The notes under the pieces are model-generated. The model worked only from the letters and a program-made list of their open reading frames with translations. It was not told where the DNA came from and searched no databases. From positions 2,594 to 66,593 of the forward strand of contig CAMBTM010000004.1 of the NCBI GenBank assembly GCA_945870825.1: a stretch of 64,000 bases of DNA, written 5' to 3'. Of this stretch, positions 42,068 through 51,174 are shown in pieces; position 1 is the first letter of the stretch; every line of letters begins with the position of its first letter. The DNA is from Rhizobium sp. Q54. Lineage in GTDB: Bacteria; Pseudomonadota; Alphaproteobacteria; UBA7879; VGCX01. Position numbers and translations under genes: made by a program.

Positions 42068-43702
42068 ATGAATAATTTCATTAAAACTTACTTAATAAAA
42101 AAGATTTATTTCAGTGTATTTTTAAGTATTGTAATGATGAGTCATCAGGGTTTTTGTGCAGGAAGCTCAGCGCGCGCTGCAGGAGCCCCAGAGCGCTCTG
42201 CTAGTCAACTACCACCTGGTGTTGCTGGCAAGATGGTTTCTTTTTTAGATTCAAAAAGTCAGGCGGCCTATCATGCGACCTCTAAAGATGCGCGCGATGA
42301 TGTTGTTGATGCAAAAAAAATTAACTTGGAAGATGCTTTTAAACGAGCAGTTCATTGTAAGTCAGGTTTTTGTATTCTAGATATGCGAGAGATTCAAAAT
42401 ATCGCCAATCACCCGGAGTGGAAATTAATTAAGGGAGAAGCTTGGAGTATTTTAAACTCGGTCCTGCAAAGAATGCCAGATAGTAGTATTCTCGCAGTAA
42501 AAGGAGACATATCCGCGTTGGGTCATGAAGAGGCGGAGACAAAAGGGAAAGTAGAAGAGCTGGATGTTAAAGAAGCACAGGATACGGGGCATCCTGCTTT
42601 ACGTGGGTATCATTCGATTGATCCAGGCTCGCTTTTTGGGGAGAACATCATTACAACCTATGCGGCACAAGGATATACATTTTGGTCTAGGAATTCTATG
42701 AAAGCAGATGGTGCGAAACAAGCTAACAATAAAATTAACTTCCAACAAGCCATAGGGGCCCGGTATGTTTGGGGGACGGATATTCAAGAAGGTGGGATAT
42801 TACCTGATGCAACAGGTCCTGAGGCAGTTTTGAATACCCTAACGCCCCACGTGGTTTTTAGCACAGCAAATTTAAGCAATCAGGCTATTCAAACAAGAAT
42901 TAGAGCTTTTTTTGATGCGGCTAATAGGCGTGCAAGGGGCCCTGGAGGCGCCAGTGAAGAAGAGATATTAGCGGCTGAATCCAAGGTCAATGCTATTGCT
43001 GTAATTGATGTAGAGGCGGTGGAAACTGCTTCAGGCCATGAGCTGAAGCTTTCATCAAGTGTTGCCTTGGCCTTATCTAAAATCCGACGGCTTATTGTTA
43101 CAACTACGGCGCCAATAGAAACGGGGTTAAAGATTGGAGATGAATTCCTTTTTGGTTGCAATGAATTAACCTCTCTTGAATTGAGAGGGTTTGAGAAGGT
43201 CACAACGATTGGGGATGGCTTCCTTTTGGGTTGTACTGGGTTAACATCTCTTGATTTGAGTCCTTTAAGGAATGTCACAACGATTGGGCTTGCCTTACTT
43301 GAGGGTTCTACTGGCTTAAAATCTCTTGATTTGAGTGGTTTAAGGAATGTCACAACGATTGGGAATGAATTCCTTTTGGGTTGCACTGGGTTAACCTCTC
43401 TTGATTTGAGTCCTTTAAGAAATGTGACAACGATTGGGTATAGGTTCCTTTGTGACTGTACTGGATTAACCTCTCTTGATTTGAGAGGGCTTGAGAATGT
43501 CACAACGATTGGGGATGACTTCCTTTCTGACTGTACTGGATTAACCTCTCTTGATTTGAGAGGGCTTGAGAATATCACAACGATTGGGGATAATTTTCTT
43601 GCTAATACTAGTCCTCAAATTATTTCCATTAAATCAGCGATTGAAGCTAGGTCAGAACCTACTTTGGCAGATAAAGTGAAGGGGTATATTGAAATCCGTT
43701 GA
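42068..43702 (+). CDS. Secreted leucine-rich-repeat protein, single-module paralog of the upstream gene
   Basis: Same signal peptide and C-terminus as the 899-aa gene. Long identical stretches (ARGPGGASEEEILAAESKVNAIAVIDVEAVETASGHELKLSS). Seven BspA-like LRR units. Confidence 0.8.
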   Translation: MNNFIKTYLIKKIYFSVFLSIVMMSHQGFCAGSSARAAGAPERSASQLPPGVAGKMVSFLDSKSQAAYHATSKDARDDVVDAKKINLEDAFKRAVHCKSGFCILDMREIQNIANHPEWKLIKGEAWSILNSVLQRMPDSSILAVKGDISALGHEEAETKGKVEELDVKEAQDTGHPALRGYHSIDPGSLFGENIITTYAAQGYTFWSRNSMKADGAKQANNKINFQQAIGARYVWGTDIQEGGILPDATGPEAVLNTLTPHVVFSTANLSNQAIQTRIRAFFDAANRRARGPGGASEEEILAAESKVNAIAVIDVEAVETASGHELKLSSSVALALSKIRRLIVTTTAPIETGLKIGDEFLFGCNELTSLELRGFEKVTTIGDGFLLGCTGLTSLDLSPLRNVTTIGLALLEGSTGLKSLDLSGLRNVTTIGNEFLLGCTGLTSLDLSPLRNVTTIGYRFLCDCTGLTSLDLRGLENVTTIGDDFLSDCTGLTSLDLRGLENITTIGDNFLANTSPQIISIKSAIEARSEPTLADKVKGYIEIR

Positions 43703-43703
43703 A

Positions 43704-43791
43704 AACAGGAAGAATAAAAAAAATGATCTCTTTGAGAATGTGGGAAAATCCTACTTAAAATCAGGGGGGGTGGGATTATTGTGCGCAGGGT
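43704..43791 (+). repeat. Intergenic repeat, truncated copy C
   Basis: First ~88 bp match copies A and B, then diverge into the dprA 3' flank. Confidence 0.75.
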
Positions 43792-43848
43792 TCAAAGGAC
43801 TTCAATAACAGCAGTTTAGATTTCCATTTTTCTTTGGGGAAGACCATC

Positions 43849-44988
43849 TCACCCTGCCTGGCTATTTTTCCCCAAACTCAACAGTCCCCCAAAGTAAGTC
43901 ATAATTTTTCCTTCCAACTCCAACTGTGTGCAAAGACGGTTGAAAGATTCAACGGACCCGCCGAAGTGCTCTAAAACAATGTCTCGTGGCAGCGGTTCTT
44001 GGCTGAGGAGAGAAAGAAGGGTTGCCTCATCCCGGTCAGGAAGTTGTGCCACAGGACAAGAGGGTAGGGGTTCTGAAGAGAGCGTATTTCCAAAAACATC
44101 CAAAATATCCTCAGCCCGGGTTACAAAAATGGCGCCTTGTTTTAGAAGATGATTGCTGCCAGCGCATCTTGGGTCAAGGGGGGATCCCGGAATTGCAAAC
44201 ACATCCCGGCCTTGTTCCAGGGCATATTCCGCTGTTATCATGGAACCTGACTGAAACCGCGCTTCGCTTAAAAGAACACCGCGGGCGACCCCCGAAATCA
44301 GACGGTTGCGTCTTGGAAAATGCTGTCCTTGAGGTTGAAGACCTAAGGGCGTTTCACTGATCAAACATCCAGTTTCTTGAATTTTTTTGTAAAGAATCCC
44401 ATTTTCTTCTGGATAAATCACATCAACGCCTCCAGCTAGAACCCCAACCGTACCACAGGTAAGACTGGCTTCATGGGCGGCTGTATCCATGCCACGGGCA
44501 AATCCGGACACAATATAAATATCCTGTTTGATAAGATCACCAATCAGACGTTTCATAAAGTCTCGGCTATTGATAGAGGCATTGCGACTTCCGACAACGC
44601 CCAGCAAGGGTTTTTGGAGAATACTGGCATTACCAAGTACACTTAAAACTGGCGGCATATCTTTGATTTCTTGTAAAAGGGAAGGATAGGTTGGATCCAG
44701 GAATGTTAAAAGATGGATCCCGATTTTCTGGTGGTGGGTTAGTTCTTTTTCAATGTCTTGAGGGGCGCACAAGGCGGCACTTTTAATGTTTTGCGTCGCC
44801 TCTTTAAAATGATGTACTGCCTCAAGGGCGCTTCCATAGTGGTGATAGAGTTGAAAGAATCGAACAGGTCCAATGCCAGGGCTGCGGATGAGGCGTACAA
44901 TAGCAAAGCGTTCAGCGTCTGTTGGGGGGCCCTCAGACCTTTTTGGATTGGGACTCTTTGCGTTTGTCTTGACCAACTTTTGGCTCAT
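43849..44988 (-). CDS. dprA: DNA processing protein DprA (Smf)
   Basis: Rossmann-like DprA core (VVGSRNAS...VSGFARGMDTAAHEASL...VLAGGVD). The annotated start overlaps plsY by 56 nt and may lie further in. Confidence 0.8.
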   Translation of the reverse strand: MSQKLVKTNAKSPNPKRSEGPPTDAERFAIVRLIRSPGIGPVRFFQLYHHYGSALEAVHHFKEATQNIKSAALCAPQDIEKELTHHQKIGIHLLTFLDPTYPSLLQEIKDMPPVLSVLGNASILQKPLLGVVGSRNASINSRDFMKRLIGDLIKQDIYIVSGFARGMDTAAHEASLTCGTVGVLAGGVDVIYPEENGILYKKIQETGCLISETPLGLQPQGQHFPRRNRLISGVARGVLLSEARFQSGSMITAEYALEQGRDVFAIPGSPLDPRCAGSNHLLKQGAIFVTRAEDILDVFGNTLSSEPLPSCPVAQLPDRDEATLLSLLSQEPLPRDIVLEHFGGSVESFNRLCTQLELEGKIMTYFGGLLSLGKNSQAG

Positions 44989-45547
44989 CTCCTTTTAAAA
45001 GACGTTGAATATTAGGGGCATGTTTTACACATACCAAGGCACTTAAAATCAGTGTTGGGGTAAGCAATCCGCCATAATGCCAAACCCAAACACTCAACGG
45101 CACAAGCACAGCGACGAACAGTGCCGCAAGGGATGAATATTTAAAAAGTAACAAAAAGGCCATCCACCCTAAAATAGCTTGCATCCCCAAAGGAACACTA
45201 AGGGCCATCAAGACACCCCCATAGGTTGCAACACCCTTTCCTCCTTTAAAATCAAGCCATATGGGGAACATATGGCCTAAAACAACAAGGATTGCTGCTA
45301 AATCCTCAACACCGAACTTTTTGGCGATTACAACAACGCCCCATCCTTTGAAAAAGTCAAAAAACAGGGTCAAAAGAGCGAGGGTCTTTTTGCCGGTCCG
45401 CAACACATTGGTAGCGCCAATATTGCCTGACCCGATGGTACGAATATCACCGTAACCTGCAATCTGTGTAATAATCAGGCCAAAAGGAATGGATCCAGCA
45501 AAGTAAGACAACACTAAAATAAGGCCTTGAGTCAAATTGAAAATCAT
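44933..45547 (-). CDS. plsY: Glycerol-3-phosphate acyltransferase PlsY
   Basis: GSGNIGATNVLRTGKK motif. Five TM segments. 204 aa. Confidence 0.85.
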   Translation of the reverse strand: MIFNLTQGLILVLSYFAGSIPFGLIITQIAGYGDIRTIGSGNIGATNVLRTGKKTLALLTLFFDFFKGWGVVVIAKKFGVEDLAAILVVLGHMFPIWLDFKGGKGVATYGGVLMALSVPLGMQAILGWMAFLLLFKYSSLAALFVAVLVPLSVWVWHYGGLLTPTLILSALVCVKHAPNIQRLLKGDEPKVGQDKRKESQSKKV

Positions 45548-46332
45548 CGTTTTTTTCTCCTATCAGTTGATTGATGAAAAACTTCATAGAGTGCAATTGC
45601 CGCCGCATTAGATACATTAAGGGTTTGAAACGTGGCACTTGTTGGAAGACGGAGCAAGACATCACAGCTTTCTGCCGTTAACCGACGAAGACCCTTGCCT
45701 TCTGCACCCAAAACAAGTGCTGTATTGCCTTCAAATGAAAAGTCCCCCAGTTCTTGGGTTCCCTCTTCATCGAGTCCCACACACCAGAAGTTTTTGGTCT
45801 TTAAATAGTCCATGGCTTGTTTCAAATTATTGACAATGACAACAGGGACATGTTCCAAGGCACCCGATGCAACTTTTGCCAAGGTTCCATTAATTTCTGC
45901 ACTATGGTGGAGAGGCATGACAAGGGCTTTCGCCCCAAACACAGCGGAAGATCGAAGGATCGCCCCCACATTGTGGGGGTCCGTTACTTGATCAAGAAGG
46001 ATAATTGTTGCAGGACTTTCTGTTCCTTCCACAATATCTTCGAGGGATAATGTTGCCAAAGGGGCGACTTCCAAAAGCAGGCCTTGGTGGACATCGCTTG
46101 GGGAAAGACGGTTGTCTAGAACTTCGGATGTGACAAAAATGGGGGATGTGACGGATTGAATGCGATGTTGAAGAAGGGAATCCATGCTTGAAAAGGCCTT
46201 TTGAGTCATGAACAATACATGACCGCCCCGTTTTGGATTTTCTAATGCGGCAAGGCACGCATGAATCCCAAATAAGATTTGTTTTCCATGGGGGGCTTTC
46301 CCCGTTTTTATAGGTGGTTTTCCGCGCTTCAT
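45544..46332 (-). CDS. rlmB: SpoU-family rRNA 2'-O-methyltransferase (RlmB-like)
   Basis: N-terminal L30e-like domain and a C-terminal SPOUT domain (LDQVTDPHNVGAILRS, LVLGAEGKGL). Confidence 0.75.
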   Translation of the reverse strand: MKRGKPPIKTGKAPHGKQILFGIHACLAALENPKRGGHVLFMTQKAFSSMDSLLQHRIQSVTSPIFVTSEVLDNRLSPSDVHQGLLLEVAPLATLSLEDIVEGTESPATIILLDQVTDPHNVGAILRSSAVFGAKALVMPLHHSAEINGTLAKVASGALEHVPVVIVNNLKQAMDYLKTKNFWCVGLDEEGTQELGDFSFEGNTALVLGAEGKGLRRLTAESCDVLLRLPTSATFQTLNVSNAAAIALYEVFHQSTDRRKKR

Positions 46333-47747
46333 GACAGGACTTGTACATTAATGATGTTGGTAGATCCAGGGTTTCCAAAAGGAACACCGCAGGTAAAGAC
46401 AATAGCATCTCCTGATTCCCCGCCATGATCTTTGACCATGGACAAAGCACCTGCTTGCATATCTTCAAACGTATGAACGCCTTGGACAAGGGTGGGGTAA
46501 ACGCCCCAAACAAGAGCCAATTGCCGTGCTGTCTGGAGGCTATCGGTCATGCCAAAAATGACACAGGAAGGCCGTTTATGGGACACGCGCCGGGCGGTTC
46601 CCCCAAGGGCCGTATAGGTTACAATAGCAGCAGCAGGAAGCGTATAGGATAACTGAGTTGCGGCAGCAGAAATGGCATCCGATACCTGATGGTTCGCTAT
46701 TCCCCCCATTTTGGCCAAGAACGACAAATAAAATTCATCTTCTTCAACGGAGGTGATAATCTTTCCCATCATGGAAATGGCCTCTAAAGGATACTGTCCC
46801 GTTGCAGACTCTGCCGATAACATGACGGCATCTGCTCCATCATAAACAGCTGTTGCCACATCAGAAGCCTCAGCGCGGGTGGGGAAGGGGTGTTCTTTCA
46901 TGGTTTCCAGCATTTGGGTTGCAACAATGACGGGTTTCCCAAGGGCTCTGCAGGTTCGAATAATTTTCTTTTGAAGGGCAGGGACTTTTTCAGGCGATAG
47001 TTCAACCCCTAAATCCCCCCGTGCCACCATAATCCCATCGGACAGGGCAACAATGTCTTCCAAATTCTCCAAGGCTTGGGGTTTTTCTATTTTGGCAAGG
47101 ATCGCAGCCTTTGTCCCAACAAGGGACCGGAGCTCTCGCATATCGTCACCCCGTTGAACAAACGAAAGACCGATAAAGTCTATGGGATGCTGAAGGGCAA
47201 AGTGAAGATCTTCAAGATCTTTGTCCGTCATGGCCTTAATGGGTAAATTGCCCCCCGGAACATTAACGCCTTTATGGTCTGAGAGGATGCCGCCCACCAT
47301 GACAGTTGTTTGGATGTGATCTTTTGTTGCCTGGTCGACCCGCAAACGAATGGCCCCATCATTCAACAAAAGCAAGCTTCCAGGGGTCAAATGGGGATAA
47401 ATGTCCCCATGGGGAAAAGAAACGCGATGGTCGTCACCGGGATTTTCATTAAGGTCCAGGACAAAGGAATCTCCATCCTTCAAAAGAACCCCGGATTTAT
47501 CTTGAAACCGTCCGACCCTCAGTTTAGGGCCTTGAAGATCAACCAAAATGCCTAAAGGATGACCGTCCTCTTTTTCAACTTGGCGAATCCATGTAATGGA
47601 TTGTGCATGAATGGCATGGGTCCCATGGGACATATTGAGACGGAAAACATTGACACCTGCTGTGACAAAAGCACGTATAACATCAAGGGAGGCACTCGCA
47701 GGGCCTAGTGTTGCAACAATCTTAACTTTTCGGTATGGCACCCTCAA
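46329..47747 (-). CDS. pyk: Pyruvate kinase
   Basis: RKVKIVATLGPAS N-terminus and MVARGDLGVE active-site motif. 472 aa. Confidence 0.9.
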   Translation of the reverse strand: MRVPYRKVKIVATLGPASASLDVIRAFVTAGVNVFRLNMSHGTHAIHAQSITWIRQVEKEDGHPLGILVDLQGPKLRVGRFQDKSGVLLKDGDSFVLDLNENPGDDHRVSFPHGDIYPHLTPGSLLLLNDGAIRLRVDQATKDHIQTTVMVGGILSDHKGVNVPGGNLPIKAMTDKDLEDLHFALQHPIDFIGLSFVQRGDDMRELRSLVGTKAAILAKIEKPQALENLEDIVALSDGIMVARGDLGVELSPEKVPALQKKIIRTCRALGKPVIVATQMLETMKEHPFPTRAEASDVATAVYDGADAVMLSAESATGQYPLEAISMMGKIITSVEEDEFYLSFLAKMGGIANHQVSDAISAAATQLSYTLPAAAIVTYTALGGTARRVSHKRPSCVIFGMTDSLQTARQLALVWGVYPTLVQGVHTFEDMQAGALSMVKDHGGESGDAIVFTCGVPFGNPGSTNIINVQVLS

Positions 47748-47768
47748 GGGCGGTTACTCCTTTAAAGA

Positions 47769-49133
47769 TTAGTTGGAAAGGATACGGGACAAAAGATCGA
47801 TATCATTCCGCAATGAAATATCACCTAATTTCAATTCTTCTATTTTTTTCACAGCATGCATGACTGTCGTATGGTCACGGCCCCCGAACTTTTTACCAAT
47901 TTCAGGCAAAGACCGGGTGGTCAGCTGTTTACTCAGGTACATTGCAACTTGGCGAGGACGTGCCACACATCGTAGACGCTTAGGAGAATGCATGTCACTG
48001 GTACGCACATTAAAATGTTCAGCCACTTGGCGCTGAATATCTTCAATCGTCACATGACGTTCATTAGCACGCAGCAGATCTTTGAGGACCTGTTGGGTTG
48101 TCTCGAGAGAAACTTTTCCACCAACCAGGGTTACGTGGGCCAAGATTCTATTCAGGGCACCTTCTAGTTCACGAATGTTGGATGTGATTTTATAGGCCAA
48201 GAACTCTAAAACTTCCGCTGGGATGGTGACATCCAGCTTTTCAACTTTAGATTGGAGAATGCCTAAACGAAGCTCGTAAGACGTGGGGTGAATATCTGCC
48301 ACAAGACCCCATCCCAGGCGAGAACGCATGCGTTCTTCAATACCCTGCATTTCGGACGGTGACTTATCGGCAGACAGAATAATTTGTTTCTTTTGGTCAA
48401 CTAAGGAATTGAAGGTGTGGAAAAATTCTTCCTGGGTTGATTCTTTGCCACTGATGAACTGGACGTCATCGATCATAAGAACATCTACAGAACGGAAGTA
48501 TTCACGAAAGTCGATGATGTTTTTATTCCGTAAAGCCCGGATGAATTGATACATGAACTTTTCAGCGGACATGTAAATGACCTTGCGATCCTTGCGATGT
48601 ATGTGAAGGTGCCACGCCACGGCATGCATCAAGTGGGTTTTTCCAAGCCCAACCCCGCCATAAAGAAAGAGGGGGTTGAAATTAACCTGGTCTGTTTCTG
48701 CTACGCGGCGTGCTGCCGCATAAGCCAATTCATTGGGTTTGCCAACCACGAAATTCTCAAAGGTAAAGCGGGGGTCAAGGCCTGCTGTGTGGTCATTCAA
48801 CGGAGCTTTTCTTGCCTCCACATCAGGCATCATAAAGGGAGCTTGGGTAGGTTCATCGGTTAAGACGGGAACGGCATCATTCACAATAACGTCAATAGCA
48901 TGAACATCAGGGGACTTTTCTTGCCAACACGCCAATAACTTAGAGAGATATCGGGCCTGAATCCAATCGCGGATAAAAGGGGTTGGAACAGAAAGCACAA
49001 CTTTCCCGCCCAGGTCTTCCTCAAACCTGAGAGATTTTAACCAGCCACGATAAGCATTTTCCCCAAAAATTTCTTGAAGGGAAACAGCAATATCGCGCCA
49101 GATAGCTTGTTGATCATACGTATGTGCGTTCAT
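47769..49133 (-). CDS. dnaA: Chromosomal replication initiator protein DnaA
   Basis: AAA+ Walker [11 protein letters not shown] and Walker [10 protein letters not shown]-terminal DnaA-box-binding HTH ([11 protein letters not shown]). 454 aa. Confidence 0.95.
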   Translation of the reverse strand: MNAHTYDQQAIWRDIAVSLQEIFGENAYRGWLKSLRFEEDLGGKVVLSVPTPFIRDWIQARYLSKLLACWQEKSPDVHAIDVIVNDAVPVLTDEPTQAPFMMPDVEARKAPLNDHTAGLDPRFTFENFVVGKPNELAYAAARRVAETDQVNFNPLFLYGGVGLGKTHLMHAVAWHLHIHRKDRKVIYMSAEKFMYQFIRALRNKNIIDFREYFRSVDVLMIDDVQFISGKESTQEEFFHTFNSLVDQKKQIILSADKSPSEMQGIEERMRSRLGWGLVADIHPTSYELRLGILQSKVEKLDVTIPAEVLEFLAYKITSNIRELEGALNRILAHVTLVGGKVSLETTQQVLKDLLRANERHVTIEDIQRQVAEHFNVRTSDMHSPKRLRCVARPRQVAMYLSKQLTTRSLPEIGKKFGGRDHTTVMHAVKKIEELKLGDISLRNDIDLLSRILSN

Positions 49134-49216
49134 GATAAGTGTCTTTAGAATTAATCTAACCCACTCTATCCGATTTTAGAAAGAGGTACAATGAGAAGAG
49201 AGAAAAATATTTTTTT

Positions 49217-49851
49217 ATAGCAAATTAGATTAACAAAAACGCACCCCCCGAGGCCATCATCACGAGGAGCAAGGCTTTTGCGAAGCGGAAGCTTCTGGAA
49301 ACTGCGACGTGGTGACCCAGGAAGATTTAGCTATCTGGCTAAACAACCATACATTTTTAAGGACCAACGTAAATTGTCATGTGCTAGCGCATCGCCTTTT
49401 GGCTGATCCTGGGTCACCACGTCGTGCCTGCGGCACTCCTCGTGATCTGATACAACGCCCACGAAATGTGTGAGAGAAATGTAGGCTTTTTTTGGTTTAA
49501 AGTCCTTGAAAATACTGTATTTTAGCCCCCCCCGACGCCGTCTTCCAGAGCCCCGCTGCAAGCGAGGCGTGGGATCCAGAAGGTTAGCCGAATGGCTAAA
49601 ATGGCCCCTTTCAACCCTCTAAAATGGTGAGGGAGTCAAATCTTGAGTAGCCCTAACGGGCTATTTTTCTGGATCCCACGCCCACCTTCGGTGGGCTTTG
49701 GAGGACGGCACTGGTGGGCTTTAGGGGTGTCTGAATGATCGATGGAGAGAAGGGTTTTTCTTTATCACACATTTCGTGGGGATGTATCAGCTCGTGATGA
49801 CGGCCTTGGGGGGGATTTTTTGGGTGCGTTTTTGTTAATCTAATTTGCTAT
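49217..49851. repeat. 635-bp non-coding element bounded by perfect 30-bp terminal inverted repeats, with several nested internal inverted repeats (MITE-like or structured-RNA-like)
   Basis: ATAGCAAATTAGATTAACAAAAACGCACCC at 49217-49246 is the exact reverse complement of 49822-49851. The imperfect inverted repeat extends about 25 bp further inward. Internal perfect inverted repeats: 49305-49321/49408-49424, 49568-49585/49665-49683, and 49457-49473/49765-49781. Confidence 0.6.
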
Positions 49852-49855
49852 ATCC

Positions 49856-50308
49856 CTAAAAAAGACCGGTTGATCCAAATCCTTCAGGATTTCTGCCGGT
49901 TTCCTCAGATCTTAGGTTTTCTCGTGTGTCAAATGTCACCTGAGCGATAGGGGCGATGATAAGCTGGGCGATCCGCATCCCGCGTGTGATGACAAAGTCC
50001 TCTTCGCCTAAATTAATAAGAATTACCTTAAGTTCCCCCCGGTAATCAGCGTCAATGGTCCCAGGGGTGTTGAGAACTGTGATGCCATGTTTGAAGGCAA
50101 GCCCAGACCGGGGGCGAATTTGCCCTTCAAACCCTCGAGGCAGGGCAATCATGATACCAGAGGGAACTAATGTTCTTGCTCCTGGTTTGAGGGTAAGGGA
50201 ATCCTCAATGGCTGCCATAAGATCTACGCCTGCGCTATCCAGTGTTGCATAACGCGGGAGTTCTAAGCCTTTTCCATGGGGGGCTTGTTCAATATGTACG
50301 GTGAGCAT
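49856..50308 (-). CDS. dut: dUTP diphosphatase
   Basis: MLTVHIE...[12 protein letters not shown]...[10 protein letters not shown] dUTPase motifs. Start placed at the internal Met of the longer ORF. Confidence 0.9.
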   Translation of the reverse strand: MLTVHIEQAPHGKGLELPRYATLDSAGVDLMAAIEDSLTLKPGARTLVPSGIMIALPRGFEGQIRPRSGLAFKHGITVLNTPGTIDADYRGELKVILINLGEEDFVITRGMRIAQLIIAPIAQVTFDTRENLRSEETGRNPEGFGSTGLF

Positions 50309-50309
50309 G

Positions 50310-51098
50310 TTATTCCTTCCATCCTTGGTGAATAGCAACGAGTCCTGAACAAAGGCCTTCATGACGAACATGGCAGAAACCCGCCTCTCGTATCATGGCT
50401 GATACAGCGTCTGCTTTTGGAAAGGTTGCGATACTTTCACTTAAATACTGGTAAGCATCCTTTTGGTCAAGGATGACCTTGCCTATGAGGGGAATCAAGG
50501 ACATGGCATAAAAATTATAAAGAGGCTTAAGAGGGCCTTCAATTTGGCTAAACTCCAGACAGAAAAAAGGACTGCCGGGTTTAAGGACACGGTAAGCCTC
50601 TGATAAGGTCTTGGCTTTGTCTGTGACATTCCGTAGACCAAAAGAAATAGTATAGGCGTCAAAAGAATGATCATCAAAGGGAAGATTCTCCGCTGGGCCA
50701 CATACCCAGTCAATGCCTTGAAGGATATTGTGGTCCAAGGCCTTTTCTTGACCTTTTTGGATCATTTCTGGGGTGAGGTCATAAACCACAACGGAGGGAT
50801 CAAGGTCTTCCATAGACGTTAAAAATTGAAAAGCAATGTCTCCTGTGCCGCCTGCCACATCTAAAAGCCTCATGTGGGGACGTTTGGGGATAAGGGTTAG
50901 AAAATGCCGTTTCCACAAACGGTGGAGACCAAAGCTCATGAGGTCATTCATAAGGTCATAGCGGTCCGCAACACGGCCAAAAAGGTCACGAATCAACGAA
51001 GGTTTTTCATCGTCAAAAACCTCTTTGAACCCAAAATTTGTCTTTTTTCTTTGTTCATCCATGGATGCGAGTTTAGAAGGAACGTCCCAAAGATTCAA
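50310..51098 (-). CDS. ubiE: Ubiquinone/menaquinone biosynthesis C-methyltransferase UbiE
   Basis: N-terminal KTNFGFKEV...[24 protein letters not shown] motif [12 protein letters not shown]. True start may be the Met at 51062. Confidence 0.85.
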   Translation of the reverse strand: MNLWDVPSKLASMDEQRKKTNFGFKEVFDDEKPSLIRDLFGRVADRYDLMNDLMSFGLHRLWKRHFLTLIPKRPHMRLLDVAGGTGDIAFQFLTSMEDLDPSVVVYDLTPEMIQKGQEKALDHNILQGIDWVCGPAENLPFDDHSFDAYTISFGLRNVTDKAKTLSEAYRVLKPGSPFFCLEFSQIEGPLKPLYNFYAMSLIPLIGKVILDQKDAYQYLSESIATFPKADAVSAMIREAGFCHVRHEGLCSGLVAIHQGWKE

Positions 51099-51174
51099 TT
51101 TGAATATTCACCTTGACAAGATATTTCAATAGGCATATTCATCTCCTCCCACTTTTAATAAAAGGAGTATCAAC

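Noticed and set aside
39166-43702. Possible CRISPR array suggested by ~69-bp periodic repeats
   Set aside because: The periodic units are coding LRR repeats of ~23 aa within long ORFs bearing signal peptides. Spacers are not unique-sequence and there are no cas genes.
45992-46513. 173-aa minus-strand ORF overlapping the rlmB/pyk junction
   Set aside because: Out-of-frame overlap with two well-supported conserved genes (pyk, rlmB). No recognisable domain.
49331-49561. 76-aa ORF inside the dnaA-dut palindromic element
   Set aside because: Arg/Gly-rich and antisense, with no RBS. It lies across the inverted repeats and is most likely a non-coding region.
49134-49855. Region considered as oriC because it is upstream of dnaA
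   Set aside because: No cluster of consensus DnaA boxes was seen, only a degenerate TTATCACAC. The architecture is dominated by long inverted repeats, more typical of a MITE or structured RNA. Left as an open possibility in the findings.
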